Origin: Vicugna vicugna
Lineage: Eukaryota
DNA length: 64,000 nucleotides
NCBI GenBank assembly: GCA_013265495.1
Contig: MU058844.1
Coordinates: 12,732,184 to 12,796,183, forward strand
Direction: 5' to 3'
This document shows positions 23,796-35,685 of this stretch, in pieces; the first letter of the stretch is position 1; each line of letters opens with the position of its first letter. A model generated the notes under the pieces. It was not told where the DNA came from. It ran no database searches and saw nothing but the letters and a program-made list of their open reading frames with translations. The position numbers were made by a program, and so were the translations under genes.

Positions 23796-26216
23796 AGAAG
23801 TATTGCCACCCTGGCTTTCTTTTCATTTCCATTTGCATGGAATACCTTTTCCATTCCCTCACTTTCCATCTCTGTGTGTTTTTAGATTTGAAGTAATTCT
23901 CTCGTAGGCAGCATACATATTGGTCTTGGCTTTGTATCCATTCCACCACTGTGTCTTTTGATGGGACACTTAGTCCATTTACATTTAGTTCTATTGATTG
24001 GTATGAACTTATTGCCATTTTATTTATTGTTTTCTACTTTTTCTGTAGTTATTTTTGTTCCTTTCTTCTTCTTGTGATTTGATATACTTGATTAAGTTGC
24101 TGATCACTTAAATTTGAATACATTAAACAACCTCGCATTTTTCACTCTACCACACCAATGGCATCATATTTTGCATTCTTTTGTTTTGTGTATTCTCTAC
24201 TACTTATTGCATATATAGATGATTTTACTTCCTTTGTCTTTTAACTTTCCTACTAACTTTATATGTAGTTGATCTACTACCTTTACTGTATGTTTGCCTT
24301 TACCAGTGAAGATTTTTCTTTTCATAATTTTCCTGTTTCTAGTTCTGGCCTTCCCTTTTCTGCTTAGAACATTTACTTTTCTTCTGGGGCTTTATCTGTT
24401 TCCTTTGTTTGGAACATACTCCACTGTTGCCTCATTTTGCCTAATTCCCTGTTTTTATTTCTGTGTATGTGGTAGTTAGTTATGTTTCCCAGTCTTAAAG
24501 AACTGGCCTTTTGTAGTAAACACCCTATACATACTGGCAGCACACTCCTCTCTAGTCAGCAGAAGTATACGTATAAGCCCTGGGGGGGCCCTCTGCATGG
24601 GGGGTTGCAGTGTCTCAGCTACTGTGGGCCGTCTGGGAGATGCGTCTGCCTCCTGGTACAGTTGGTTGCCGGGCCCTGCCTTGTGCAGAGGCTGCTGGCC
24701 ACTGGTGGGTGGGGCTGGGTCCCGAGGTGGCTGCCCACAGAACTGCACGGGTCCCAGGGCTAATGCTAGCCCACTGATGAGCAGAGCCGTGCCCTGGGGT
24801 GGCTGGTTGTGAGCCTGTGAGTCCCAGTCTAGTGTCAGCATGCTGGTGGGTGAGGCCAGTTCCTGACACATCTGGCTGTAGGGTCCAAAGTGCCCAAAAG
24901 CTGGTTTTGGCCCTCTGGTGAGTGGGGCTGTATTCCAGAGCGGCTCTCTGTGTGGCCCAGTATGTCTCAGAGCTGGTGTCAGGTGGCTACTGGGTGGAGC
25001 CGGGACTCAGGAAGTCACCCTAAGGACATACGGTGCTGACAGCCATTCGGGGGAGCTCGTTCTACAGGAGGACATAGCTTCTGGAAAGCACCATTCTGGG
25101 ACCCTCCCTCTAGCTTATCAGCACCAGGAACTGGCGCTGCCCACCAGTCTATCAGCACCAGTACTAGGATGCCTCAGGCCAAGCAGTTGGCCAGGTGGGG
25201 TGGCTGGCTTAAGACTCCCCGAACCCCTAGCCACTCTGGACCTTGCCCACAGAGAGCCCAGGACCTGGCCCTACCCACCAGTGTACCAGAACTAGCCCTG
25301 GGACCCCTGAGCCCACTCAGCCAGCCGTCAGTTCCCTCCCCACACACCCGTGGGCCAACATAGCCTTAGGACCACTCCAGCCCCATAGCTGGCAGTGTCA
25401 GAATCCTGCCTACCCACCAGCAGGATGACAGCAGCCCCAGGACCCTCTGGGCCTGGAAAACCCTGGGCCCTGGCCCCTGGCCCCACTCACCAGCAGGCTA
25501 ATACCAGCCCTAGGACCATCACATTCTTGTAGCCTGTGGTGTCAGAACCCAGCCACACACCAGCAGGCTGGCATCAGGCTTGGGACCTCCTGGGCCCCTG
25601 CCTGCCCACCAGTGGTCTGACCCCAGCTCTAGGAACCCCAGGGCCCTGCACTCAGGGCCACTACTACTTCTGCCCTGGGTTTCAGATTGTGTGAGATTTT
25701 TGTGCGCACTCTTTAAAAGTGGAGTCTTTATTTCCTACAGCTGTCTAGTCCTCCCAAATGTAAGCATCACTGGCCTTTAAATTCAAACATTCTGTGGGTT
25801 CATTTCCTGCTGCAGGACCCCCAGGCTGGGGAGCCCAATCTGGGGCTCACACCCCTCACTCCTTGGGGAGAAACTCTGCACCTGTAATAAAGAGTTGCTC
25901 TGTGAATAGCTGTGCTTTTGATTTGCCCATGGGAGGAGGTGAGCTCAGGGTCTTCCTACTCAGCCGTCTTGGCCACTCCTCTAGCTTGTTTCAAATATCT
26001 TTTTCAAATCTGTGATCTGTATATGAACTTGGCCTATTATATCTTTTGATAAAAAGAATTTCTTTATTTGAATGTCTTTTCCGTACCAGACTTTTTTATT
26101 TTAGTTTGTTTCTGGGTGTTGGTTTAAGGAGTTCTTTTATACCCCAACTCTAGACAAATAATCTGTGTGTTTCTTTTTCCTCTTCCATTAGCTTTCTAGA
26201 TTTACTCTTTCCATTT

Positions 26217-26478
26217 AAGGCTTTAATCAAACTGAATCTCATTGTATAAACATGCATGCTCAGTGAGGGCAATAGCACTCCCAAGAAAGGGAAATTGGTT
26301 CTTAGGGGAGGAAGAAAACCCTGGACATTACAATCACTTATGGCTCTTGAAGGGTCATAAACAGATATATTCATGTTATTAAAATTTTATTGGGAAAGGA
26401 GGAAAATTAGGAAAAAATATATATAATGTAAAGATTTCTTCTGATGGTAGTAATGAAAATAGTAGTTGAGAAACACTG
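26217..26478. mobile_element. hAT-Charlie non-autonomous DNA transposon relic
   Basis: Right end GTTGAGAAACACTG matches a Charlie-type TIR; left end is degraded. Confidence 0.45.
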
Positions 26479-27054
26479 GTATAAGCTTTACTCAGCATTA
26501 CTTTTCTCTATAAAATGACATTTCCCTAATACCATGTATTAAACACTTTATCAATTCTTTCTCTACATGTACATATCAGCTGTCTGATACCTGGCACTCA
26601 GGTGCCCCCTATCAGCACTCTTTTTCAAAATTACTTTAATTATTCATAACATAGCTAGTCTCTTTATACATGTTGGAATAAGTATGTTTAATTCATTTTT
26701 AAAGTCCCACTGAATTTTTCATTGGGATTAAATTTATTAATTTTGGAGAACTGACATCTTTTTGCCATCTATTCCATGAGCATGGGTGTAGCACTCCATT
26801 TATTTAGGCCTTTATACCCCTCAAACTGTTCTCCATAGAGATTTTGTGTATTGTTTATTTGTTTAAATTCAGTTTATAGCTTTGATTGCTATTATGAATG
26901 ACATTATAGAATCTGTTATATTTTTAGTTGACTATGGCTGATGAGAGGAACACTTTTGATTTTTATGAGTGAAGTTGTTGTATCTGGTATTCTTGCTTAT
27001 TTCTCATATTGGCCCTCTTACTTTCTGTTGATTTAGATGGAATTGTCTCATCCA

Positions 27055-27085
27055 GAAAGAAGGAAAGAAAGAAAGAAAGAAATGA

Positions 27086-27137
<52 letters not shown>

Positions 27138-27236
27138 GAAGGAAAGAAAAGAAAGAGAGCAAGAGAGAAAAGAAAGAGAAAGAAAGAGAGAAAGAAAGAA
27201 AGAGTGAGGGAAGGAAAGGATAAAAAAGGAAAGGAA
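27055..27236 (+). repeat. (GAAA)n purine microsatellite
   Basis: Directly visible. Confidence 0.95.
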
Positions 27237-30200
27237 ATTATGTACTTTCTCTGAAGCAGATAAGGAGAAACCAATAATCCAATGACCTATGTATAGCAAG
27301 AGGAACAGTGAAGAGGCCACCTGTGGATCACACTATAATAATCAGCTGGTTTAGTTCTACTGGCAGAGGTAATTACTGTTGGCTTCCTAATTCATATGCT
27401 TGGTCTTTTTTGCCATATGATTAAGAATTTCAGGAATGTATTATGTTACAAAAAGGTAGAACCACCTGTACTGCTTTACCTCAGCAAGCTGCACAGTAAT
27501 CAACATTCTCTGGCTTTCTCTGAATAGTCATAATTCATGACCTCTGAACATTCTCACCAGTAGTCACAATGAGAAGAAAATTAAAGCTCACGTATTAGAG
27601 GAGGAAAACAAAAATCTCTTGAGTAGTTTCCTAAATGATAGCCTATCAAGAGTGGCTAAGTCAAAGTAACCATTTTTGCCTGATGATCCAAATTTATTGC
27701 TTAATAAGAGCTTCAGGATATTAGTGGCATCAAAATATACACACCATTCCCTGAATTGAACATGTACAAAATAAAAGTATGCTCCATCATAATGAACTTG
27801 CACAAGGTCTCCATGCAAACACCTGACTATAGAAGCTGGAAATTTCCCAAAATATCCACAAGAAATCTAGATGTCTTTAGAAACAAGTTCCTGAAAATGA
27901 TCAAATCAATTGAACGGAAAATTTCTTTACCACCTAAAAAGTCCAAGAAATTACTTGGCCAATGAGTAATTTCTACAGGAATAAAAGTATAGCGCTTGGT
28001 GACATTTAAGCATAATACTTTAAATACCATCAAATAGATATCTAAATAAAACTTTTTGTAAGCTAAATGGGACTTAGAGGTAAGGCATATAGAAGAAACA
28101 CTGAGCAACTTTATTAAAGAGAATAGACTATATCCATTACGTGGGGCAGATGGAAGGACAACTTTGTAATAATGAGATAATCTTAGCTGCCATTCGTAAT
28201 GAAGGCAGGATTCAAAGTAAAATATAATGGCTTAGCAAGGAGGGAGAAAATCACAACAAAAACATCTTTATGAAGACTATCCTGTGTAATTCTATTTTTA
28301 AAAATATAAGAACATGAGATTTAAGGAAAATGTTTTCAAGCAAAACAATAGTGATTTAATGTATGTTATCGTTAAAGACAGCAGAGCTGCCAATAATATT
28401 GTTAATTCATTGTACTTTGTACATATCTTTATGAAAACACAAATTCACTGTATGTCTTAATTATGAGCAACTGGCAGTCAGGAATGTTCTCTTACTTTCC
28501 TGTTTTGTTTTAAGTCTCCTGCACACGCATAGTGCGTAGTGCATAGGTATGTAGCAGGTATACAGTCTTGGAAATGCTTTGTTTTAAAGTTATGTAAGTA
28601 TGGAAGACTTTGCACTACTTCTAGATGTATTCATTATCATTGGGTTTGTCTAAAAGGCATCTGACTTATTCTGCTTGAATCACAATGCCATGAGTTAGTT
28701 CAGTCTAGACCAATTATTTTAACCCCCGCGTTGGACTTCTAACTCTGCCAGATGCTATTTGACAGTAGGTTCCCCAATACTGAAAATCTCGCCAAGCATA
28801 CATTATGTTGTTGTATAATTACAGCTTTCGAGTACTCAGTATGGTATTATTAGCTCAAGCTGTAGCTCATTTGGTGTACATAATTACAGCACACTCAGCA
28901 GTGAGCACTGACCTACAAAGAGGGGAGTCTCTGGTGCTATTTTTAATCCATTTCACTTGACAATACATGTAGTTATTACTAGGACTCCAGATTTTGAGAA
29001 AGTTTGATATTCATCTTGCATTTGCATATACCTTTGGAGTACCTAATATCACGCTGATACTTTAGAGCTATTATTTCTACCAATGATAATTGAATATTGA
29101 TGTTATTTGAACAAAAAATTCAGTTTGGAGGGGTTCTTTTCTCTGGTGGGTGCCTGGGAAAATGACAAGGAGCCAAATGGTGCAAAAGGGTGCAAGCCTT
29201 AAAGACTTGTTCTGCTGGAGATTACAGCTTGTTAAGTTTTTGTAATGCCTAGTATTACCCCAGTAAATTATACTTTCTTGTCATCATTCCACTTATGTAT
29301 TTTGCAGCTTCAAGTGCCCCTCTTTAAGAGCCACTGAAGTTAGACCTTAAGCAGCTGGCAGTTGTAGGTATGTTGTTATAGTGATCAGGATTGTGTTGGA
29401 TAAAAGGTGGTGAGTTCTTAGATGAACTTGGAGGTGGCAGCGAAGAAGCCTTCAGTTGCCTGGGCATTTCCTCCCTCGCTAGCCTCACGTCCCACTGCTC
29501 CCCAGTCACTGTTATGCATCTCAACTGGGCTACGTTGCCTCTGTCTATGTGTCCCTCTAGGATTTATCTGAGTTACAAGAAAGGTTAGGATGTGACCAAA
29601 ATACGTGGCACTTAACTGAAACTCTCGATATCAATGATTGAAGAACTTTTTAAAAATTTTTAAAAAGAAAGTATCCTGAAGACTCTTACCTGTCCTTACA
29701 GAATTATCCTAAATTAGGGTTAATGCTCTTGCACATTATTTCACACTGGTGAAGCTCTGCGAACCCCAAGCAACAGTCTCTTTTATGTGTGCGGTGTATA
29801 TTCCATTTTACTCCAAAGCATACAATATTTTAATTCAAAGAAATTATTTTTTAAGAAACAATCATCAGTTTTTAAACTGTTTGTAATTTACATTTTAACA
29901 AAGTACTTTTAAATATTCTGAAGATGAAAGTTACGACTGCTTCAGTATTAAAGATCTCTTTCCATCTCTTATGTGGAAAAATAAGACATGAAATAATTTT
30001 CATTTATATGGTTGAAAGTTCATATGCTCATATAGGCAGGAAAATTAATTTTAATTCAATAAAAATCTTTTTGGTACTATGTAAAAGGACACTTACAAGT
30101 ATAATCAACTAACAAAGTTATATAGGGTTTTTATTTTATGTGGGCAATTTTCAGACTTTGGTTTGACCACTAACACATGCCTACACACATACTTTTCCTA

Positions 30201-32284
30201 ACACTAAGCCGTATTATAATAAGGTTCTACTTAAAACATCTTGACATTTTCCTTACACAGATCTTGTGACCATTACAGAACTAAATGACCATTATGAACC
30301 TGAGGGATGGGTTACATAACAAAATGGGCCTCTCTTGATAGGTGCCAGTGAAGTACAGAAATATTAGCGCTGTTTGACACCTTGGGGATCATTTAGCCCA
30401 GTGATGTCATTTACAAACAAACTAGGGCTCAGAGAATCAACCTGACTTGAAACACTCACTCTCTAAAGGTAATGATGTCACTACCATCCAAGGAAAATAT
30501 TTTAGTTTGAATAAACAAATCAACTAGTAATTTGCAAAAAGAATTACTCATACAGTATTCGTGTAGGGTATCTAATTATTAAGGCCTATCACCTTAAAAT
30601 ATTCTATGAGAATACTTGAGTTCAACAAATCCACCTGAAATTTACTAGAAATCTCTCATAGGAATCCTGCATGTTAGATGCCACGGATGATATTTAAAGT
30701 TAATAACAGGAAGGAGGAAGGAAGTGGGAGGAGAAAGGAAAGACAAAGACAATGCCTGTCCTCCAAAAACATTTCTAGCGGGAAGGACGACATTGCTATT
30801 TAACACTTTGTTTACACCTCCAAAAGCATTTCTGTATTATGTCTGTCTCTGTCATTCAATGAAAAGCATTTCGAGGGCAGAGCGCATATCTGGTTTATCT
30901 CCCAGAGTGAGTACCTTCTGTTAATAGCCTTTGCTCAGAAATTTCTTCTTGAATTGAAATGAATTCCATCACTATTCTCATGCATCCAAAGACCAGTACT
31001 AGAATGAATCCTATCTTTTACATACTACACTTACATATACTAAATGAAATACATATGTTTCAGACTCACTATGGTATATCCAATAAATTTTTTTGCATAA
31101 AGGATAATTAATACTATGGTTTTAAAATAATGGCTTTGTACTAGTGGGTTTCAAAATATTTGAGGGAAAAGTATATGATGAAAACATTCACCTTTTTAAA
31201 AAGCTTCACTGAATATTTTAAATTTCAGTATGCCATTTTCAAGGAAACAAATAATGACTGATTAAGAAATATACTCACTGGCACTCTTGCTAGTCATTTA
31301 ATTGTGATCTTGTAGGTAAATTGGCAATCTCAATGGAAGAACACTTTGATTTTTTACTAAGTTACTTAGGTTGAGAGGAGAAAATAACTAAGTGAAAGGG
31401 AAGGAAGAGTGCTATAGATCGAATGAGGCCCCTGAAGACAGACGATGAGTTGACAGGCATTTGGTCTAGCTAAGGGAGAAAAGGCTGGCGTCTGGGCGTC
31501 ACAGAGGAGGGTCTAGGAGGAACCAGCCAGGAGGAAGAGCATGAGCAAAGGCACAGAGGTGGAAGGGTCAGTGTACACTTCTCTTTGTGCTAGAAACACA
31601 GTGCCATTTTGAGTACCAGTTCTGATTGGTGGTTTCTGTTTTGTTTGCTGTGCCTGAGTGCTTCTTGGCATCTTGCCTAATTCACCAAGTCACTTTGGAA
31701 CTAAGGTCTTGCTTGACTCTTGCCAGCCCCACTCCCACCCCAAATAGCTGAAATCCTCCCACCAAACCCCAGAACAAGCTCACCAGCTAACTGACTTTCT
31801 CAAGTCACCTTAACATCCACCATACTGGTTTGTTGTGAAAATAAAAGCAATAATGTCTGTAAATTGTCCAGCATGATGCCTGGTGAATGGTATTTCCATT
31901 CCCTTCTGAGTAATGTCCTAGGTGGGACACCTTTGCTATTTTATGTTACTACCACCTTCAACCTCCATACACACTCAGACGTGTGGACTAAAGCTTTCTT
32001 GAAACACCAGCCATTTTCTGTTGGGCTGTTCTCTACTGCCTGTGCTCTGCCTAGAATAGCATCGCTACCTGCACCAGCAGCTGGCTCTGTTCCTGGGTCG
32101 CCCGCTCCATCTCTCCAGCGGGAGGATCGCATTTCCCGTGCTGGCCCCTCCCAGCTTGCAGCTTCCTGATGACTTGTCCTGAAATAGGATACTAGGAACT
32201 CTGAGTCTGGAAAAGAGAAAGCTTGGGGAAACAGAGCTGTTTTCTAATATTTGAAGACTCGACTCATAAACAAGGAATTTAGAT

Positions 32285-32815
32285 CAGAGTTTCTGAACAT
32301 TTTATGCCCTTTGGTGGTCCCGTGAAGCTTATGGATGCTTTCTTAGAATAATGTTTTTAAATGCACAAACTATAACATGTAGGATTACCAGGAAACCAAT
32401 TTATTCAACTATAGCTACCAAAATATTTTTAAAACAAATTTGTGATACAGCAACATATATGATTTTTTTATCAGCACAATAAAGAATAAGAAGTAGCAAC
32501 AGGCCTAATAATCTCTAAAACTGCAAAATTATTCTGTCAACGGTATTTCAAGGTTTCTGGAACAACTGGAATGTGATATGAAAATATGTGTGATTTCTCT
32601 TGTTGACAAAGTCATAGGGAATTGTTAAGAACTGCTAAGGTTTGCAGCCTCCACTCATAACTGAAGGAAATCTAACTTTAGTTACAGATAAATGAAAATA
32701 AAGATGTCATTTTTTTTTCTCACCTAAGTTCACAGACCCCTGAAATCTATGCCTAGACACCCTTGTCCATGCCTTCCCCTTACCCACCCATGTAGGGATT
32801 GTAAAGACCCAATAC
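32285..32815 (+). mobile_element. MER119/Charlie7-like hAT element
   Basis: gtgaagcttatggatgctttcttagaataatgtttttaaatgc...ggattaccaggaaaccaat matches the recalled MER119 start. Confidence 0.7.
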
Positions 32816-33668
32816 TAGACTCATTTTGTGTCATTCAAGACAGGAGAACAGGCTCAGCAGGTTCATGAAATCTATAAAGACAGATTTCAGTTCAGCACAA
32901 TGAAGAATCTCCTAACAATTAAAAGTCCTCAAAAATAATGGCCACTTTGTGAAGGAATGAGTTTTTCATCACTAGAAACTATTCAAAAGAGACTGAAACA
33001 ATTAAGTTAGGATTTCTGTATTGGAAATGCAACTGGGACCCTATTTACACAAAATACATTGTGTACAATGTTTTCTAGAGATGGGCATTGCAGTAGGCCT
33101 GCTAACGTTTGCCAGGCATGGTGCAAAGTGTTTTAATGTTCATCAACACTTTCAGTTCTAGCAGAGTACTGGGAGGGAGGCATTATCCCTTGAATATTAG
33201 CTCAGTTATTTAAAAATATCTCAACTGGGCCAAACATCCCAGACGTAGAATTCAAATCAAGGTCTTTCAGGCCCCAAAGGTTAGTAGTTTCCATCTATAA
33301 AATGGAGTTAATAACACCTACTTAGAGGGTTGCTATGCAGACTTCAGAAATAATATATGCCAAGTGCATATGTCAGATTATCAAGGATAATACTATTCTA
33401 AGTACTTTACATGTATTAATTCATTTCATCTTCACAGCAACTCTAAGAGGTAAATGATTTTATCAACCCCACTTTACAGATGAGAAAACAGAGGCACTAA
33501 AATGTTGAATAGCTTGCCAAAAGCTCTACAACCAGTAACTGGATTTAAACCTGGGCAGTCCAACTCCTGAGTCTATGCTGGTAACCACTGGTTACATTGC
33601 ACCCCAACATGGTACTTGCAATTAATTTTATGCATATTTAAGATTTCTCTCCCCAATCAGGCAGCTAC

Positions 33669-34358
33669 TGTGAAATCGAGTTTCCCTAAAACTGAGTTTC
33701 TCTGCCGAGTTTATGATTAACCTCTCTGGCCAAAACTTTATTCCCTTTCCTGTCCCGCACCTGTATCCCCCTCAAGACTGAAGAGTATCAAAGAAACGGA
33801 GGGATTGAAACCCAGCAGGACCCTGTGGGAACTTCCTGGGTACAAAAACTCCTCTGTATCCTCTGTCTCTTGTTTGTAGGGAAAAAAAGAAAAAAGGCTT
33901 TAGTTTCCCAGGTCTTCCCCAAGTTTCAAAGAGCAGACTCAAGCAGTCAGTGATCAGGACAAGAGTCACAGGGCTCCCAGTTCCTCCTGAAGGGATATAG
34001 ATAACAATCTGCTGCATATCTTTGAATTGCTCTACAGAAACAAAGATCCCCTCCTGCCCCCAGCCACACACACAACCTGGCAGAAGATGGTGACTATATG
34101 CTGACTGCAAGCACATAGACCCCAGACTGAAACCAGAAGGTTGAGATTCTTGAAACATCATCCTATTATCTCACCACCAACCAAGAAGAAGAAGGACGGC
34201 GAGCTGATCACGCATCCTATGTCCCTCTCCCATAACACTGTCTTTAAAACCCTTGCCTGAAAGCCCCTGGGGTGTTTGGGTCTTTTGAGCATGAGTCACC
34301 TGTACTCCTTGCTGGCACCTGCAAAAAGTGCCGCACTTTATTCATCACAATCCAGTGG
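33669..34358 (+). mobile_element. ERV1-type LTR, 3' end truncated
   Basis: TG start; ctttaaaacccttgcctgaaagcc...gggtcttttgagcatgag...ctccttgctgg, typical of artiodactyl ERV1 LTRs. Confidence 0.7.
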
Positions 34359-35254
34359 TAAAAAATGGAACTGCCTTAGTAAAACTAGGATTATCTGGGG
34401 TATACAAATTCAAACTAGGCCTGCAGTTTTGTTCGTCACTGCACAACCCATAAATGCTCTACGTTGAAGATTTCTGACTGTCATCCTAATCTATGTTTAC
34501 TCCACATGCTCGTATCAAAGTAGGGAAGAGAGAGTTCCTCACTTCTTGATTCTTATTTCTTCATTCTGTCAGGGCTGTTAGATGAGTCAAAAACAAATGA
34601 CCCAGAGCCAAAGCAAAAACCAGTGGGCAGGACTCCTCCTATCTGACTCTGCCTTTAAGGGAGATCAGCAACAAATGTGTCAACTTTACCTGAGTCCCTC
34701 TGCCAAACAAGAATCATTACAAAGGACCTTACCATTGCATTGGTAGATTTCTCTCCTTCTGCCTTCTTGCCATATATTCCTTGTTCTTTCACCTCCATCT
34801 GAGAGGCACAGCAAGGAGGACTAGAAAAGAATGCAAAAATGTAAAAGTTTCCAAATAATAAAATGAAAGAATAAGACTTTTTAGGATCCATCCCTGTCAG
34901 TTTGACTCAGACGGAACCAAATTGTTCTGCCTCTGTTTCCTGGTTCTCTTAATCATTCATATTATTATATTGTTAATCTCTGAGGACTTTTTCTTCATGG
35001 GTGGTCACTGACAATGTACTCCAGGGGAAAAACAAGATCCACCCACTCTCAGGGAAGCTTCATAAACTGCCGTTTGATATCTTGCTAAGCTGAGTTTCTC
35101 TGTCCTGCAGTGGACTCCAGGATGGTGATTCACAAGCTGAGATTTATGAGTTGCTATGCTCAAAACGACAAGCAAAAAATATTTATTTCCGTCATTTCTC
35201 TCAGGAAGTCATCTGAGTCACTCACATGTCTCTCTTGGTATTTAAAAGATTATA

Positions 35255-35685
35255 GTTTTCTATGTCTATGAGTCTGTTTCTGTTTTGTAAATAGATTCAT
35301 TTGCATTATTTTTTAGATTCCATGTAAAAGTGATATCACATAGTGTTTGTCTTTCTTTGATTTACTTCACTCACTACGATATTCTCTAGTACCATCCATG
35401 TTGCTGCAAATGGCAATATTTCATTCTTTTTTATGGCTGAGTAATCAGGTATGGGGAGTGGGGGAAGGACATACTAGGAGTGTGGGATTGACAGATACAC
35501 ACTACTATAAATAAAACAGATAAGCAACAAAGATTTACTCTATAGCACAAGAAATAACCCTCAATATCTTATAATAAACTATAATGGAAAATAATCTGAA
35601 ATAAAACATATACGTAACTGAATCACTTTACTATACACCTGAAACTAACACAATATTGGGAATCAACTCTATCTCAATAAAAAGA
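35255..35685 (+). mobile_element. L1 3' end with 5' inversion (twin priming)
   Basis: ~35255-35445 is L1 3' sequence on the - strand and 35446-35683 continues on the + strand to AATAAA; degraded TSD AAAGA..TATAGTTTT on both sides. Confidence 0.8.

Larger units (their letters stand above)
19305..25982 (-). mobile_element. Older L1 (5' UTR, ORF1 remnant, spacer, ORF2 start), split by the young L1 and lacking its 3' part
   Basis: Minus-strand 5' end AGAGGAGTGGCCAAGACGGC at ~25982; GC-rich 5' UTR at ~24540-25980; decayed ORF2 start MAISSYQSIELNVNGL at 24018; endonuclease text resumes at 19404-19305. Confidence 0.85.

Noticed and set aside
24476..25780. GC-rich region resembling a host CpG-island promoter with several ORFs
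   Set aside because: It is the 5' UTR of the older L1, and CpGs are largely depleted.
26963..27320. Lys/Glu/Arg-rich and Phe/Leu/Ser-rich ORFs (also at 49911-50254)
   Set aside because: Translations of GAAA-type microsatellites.
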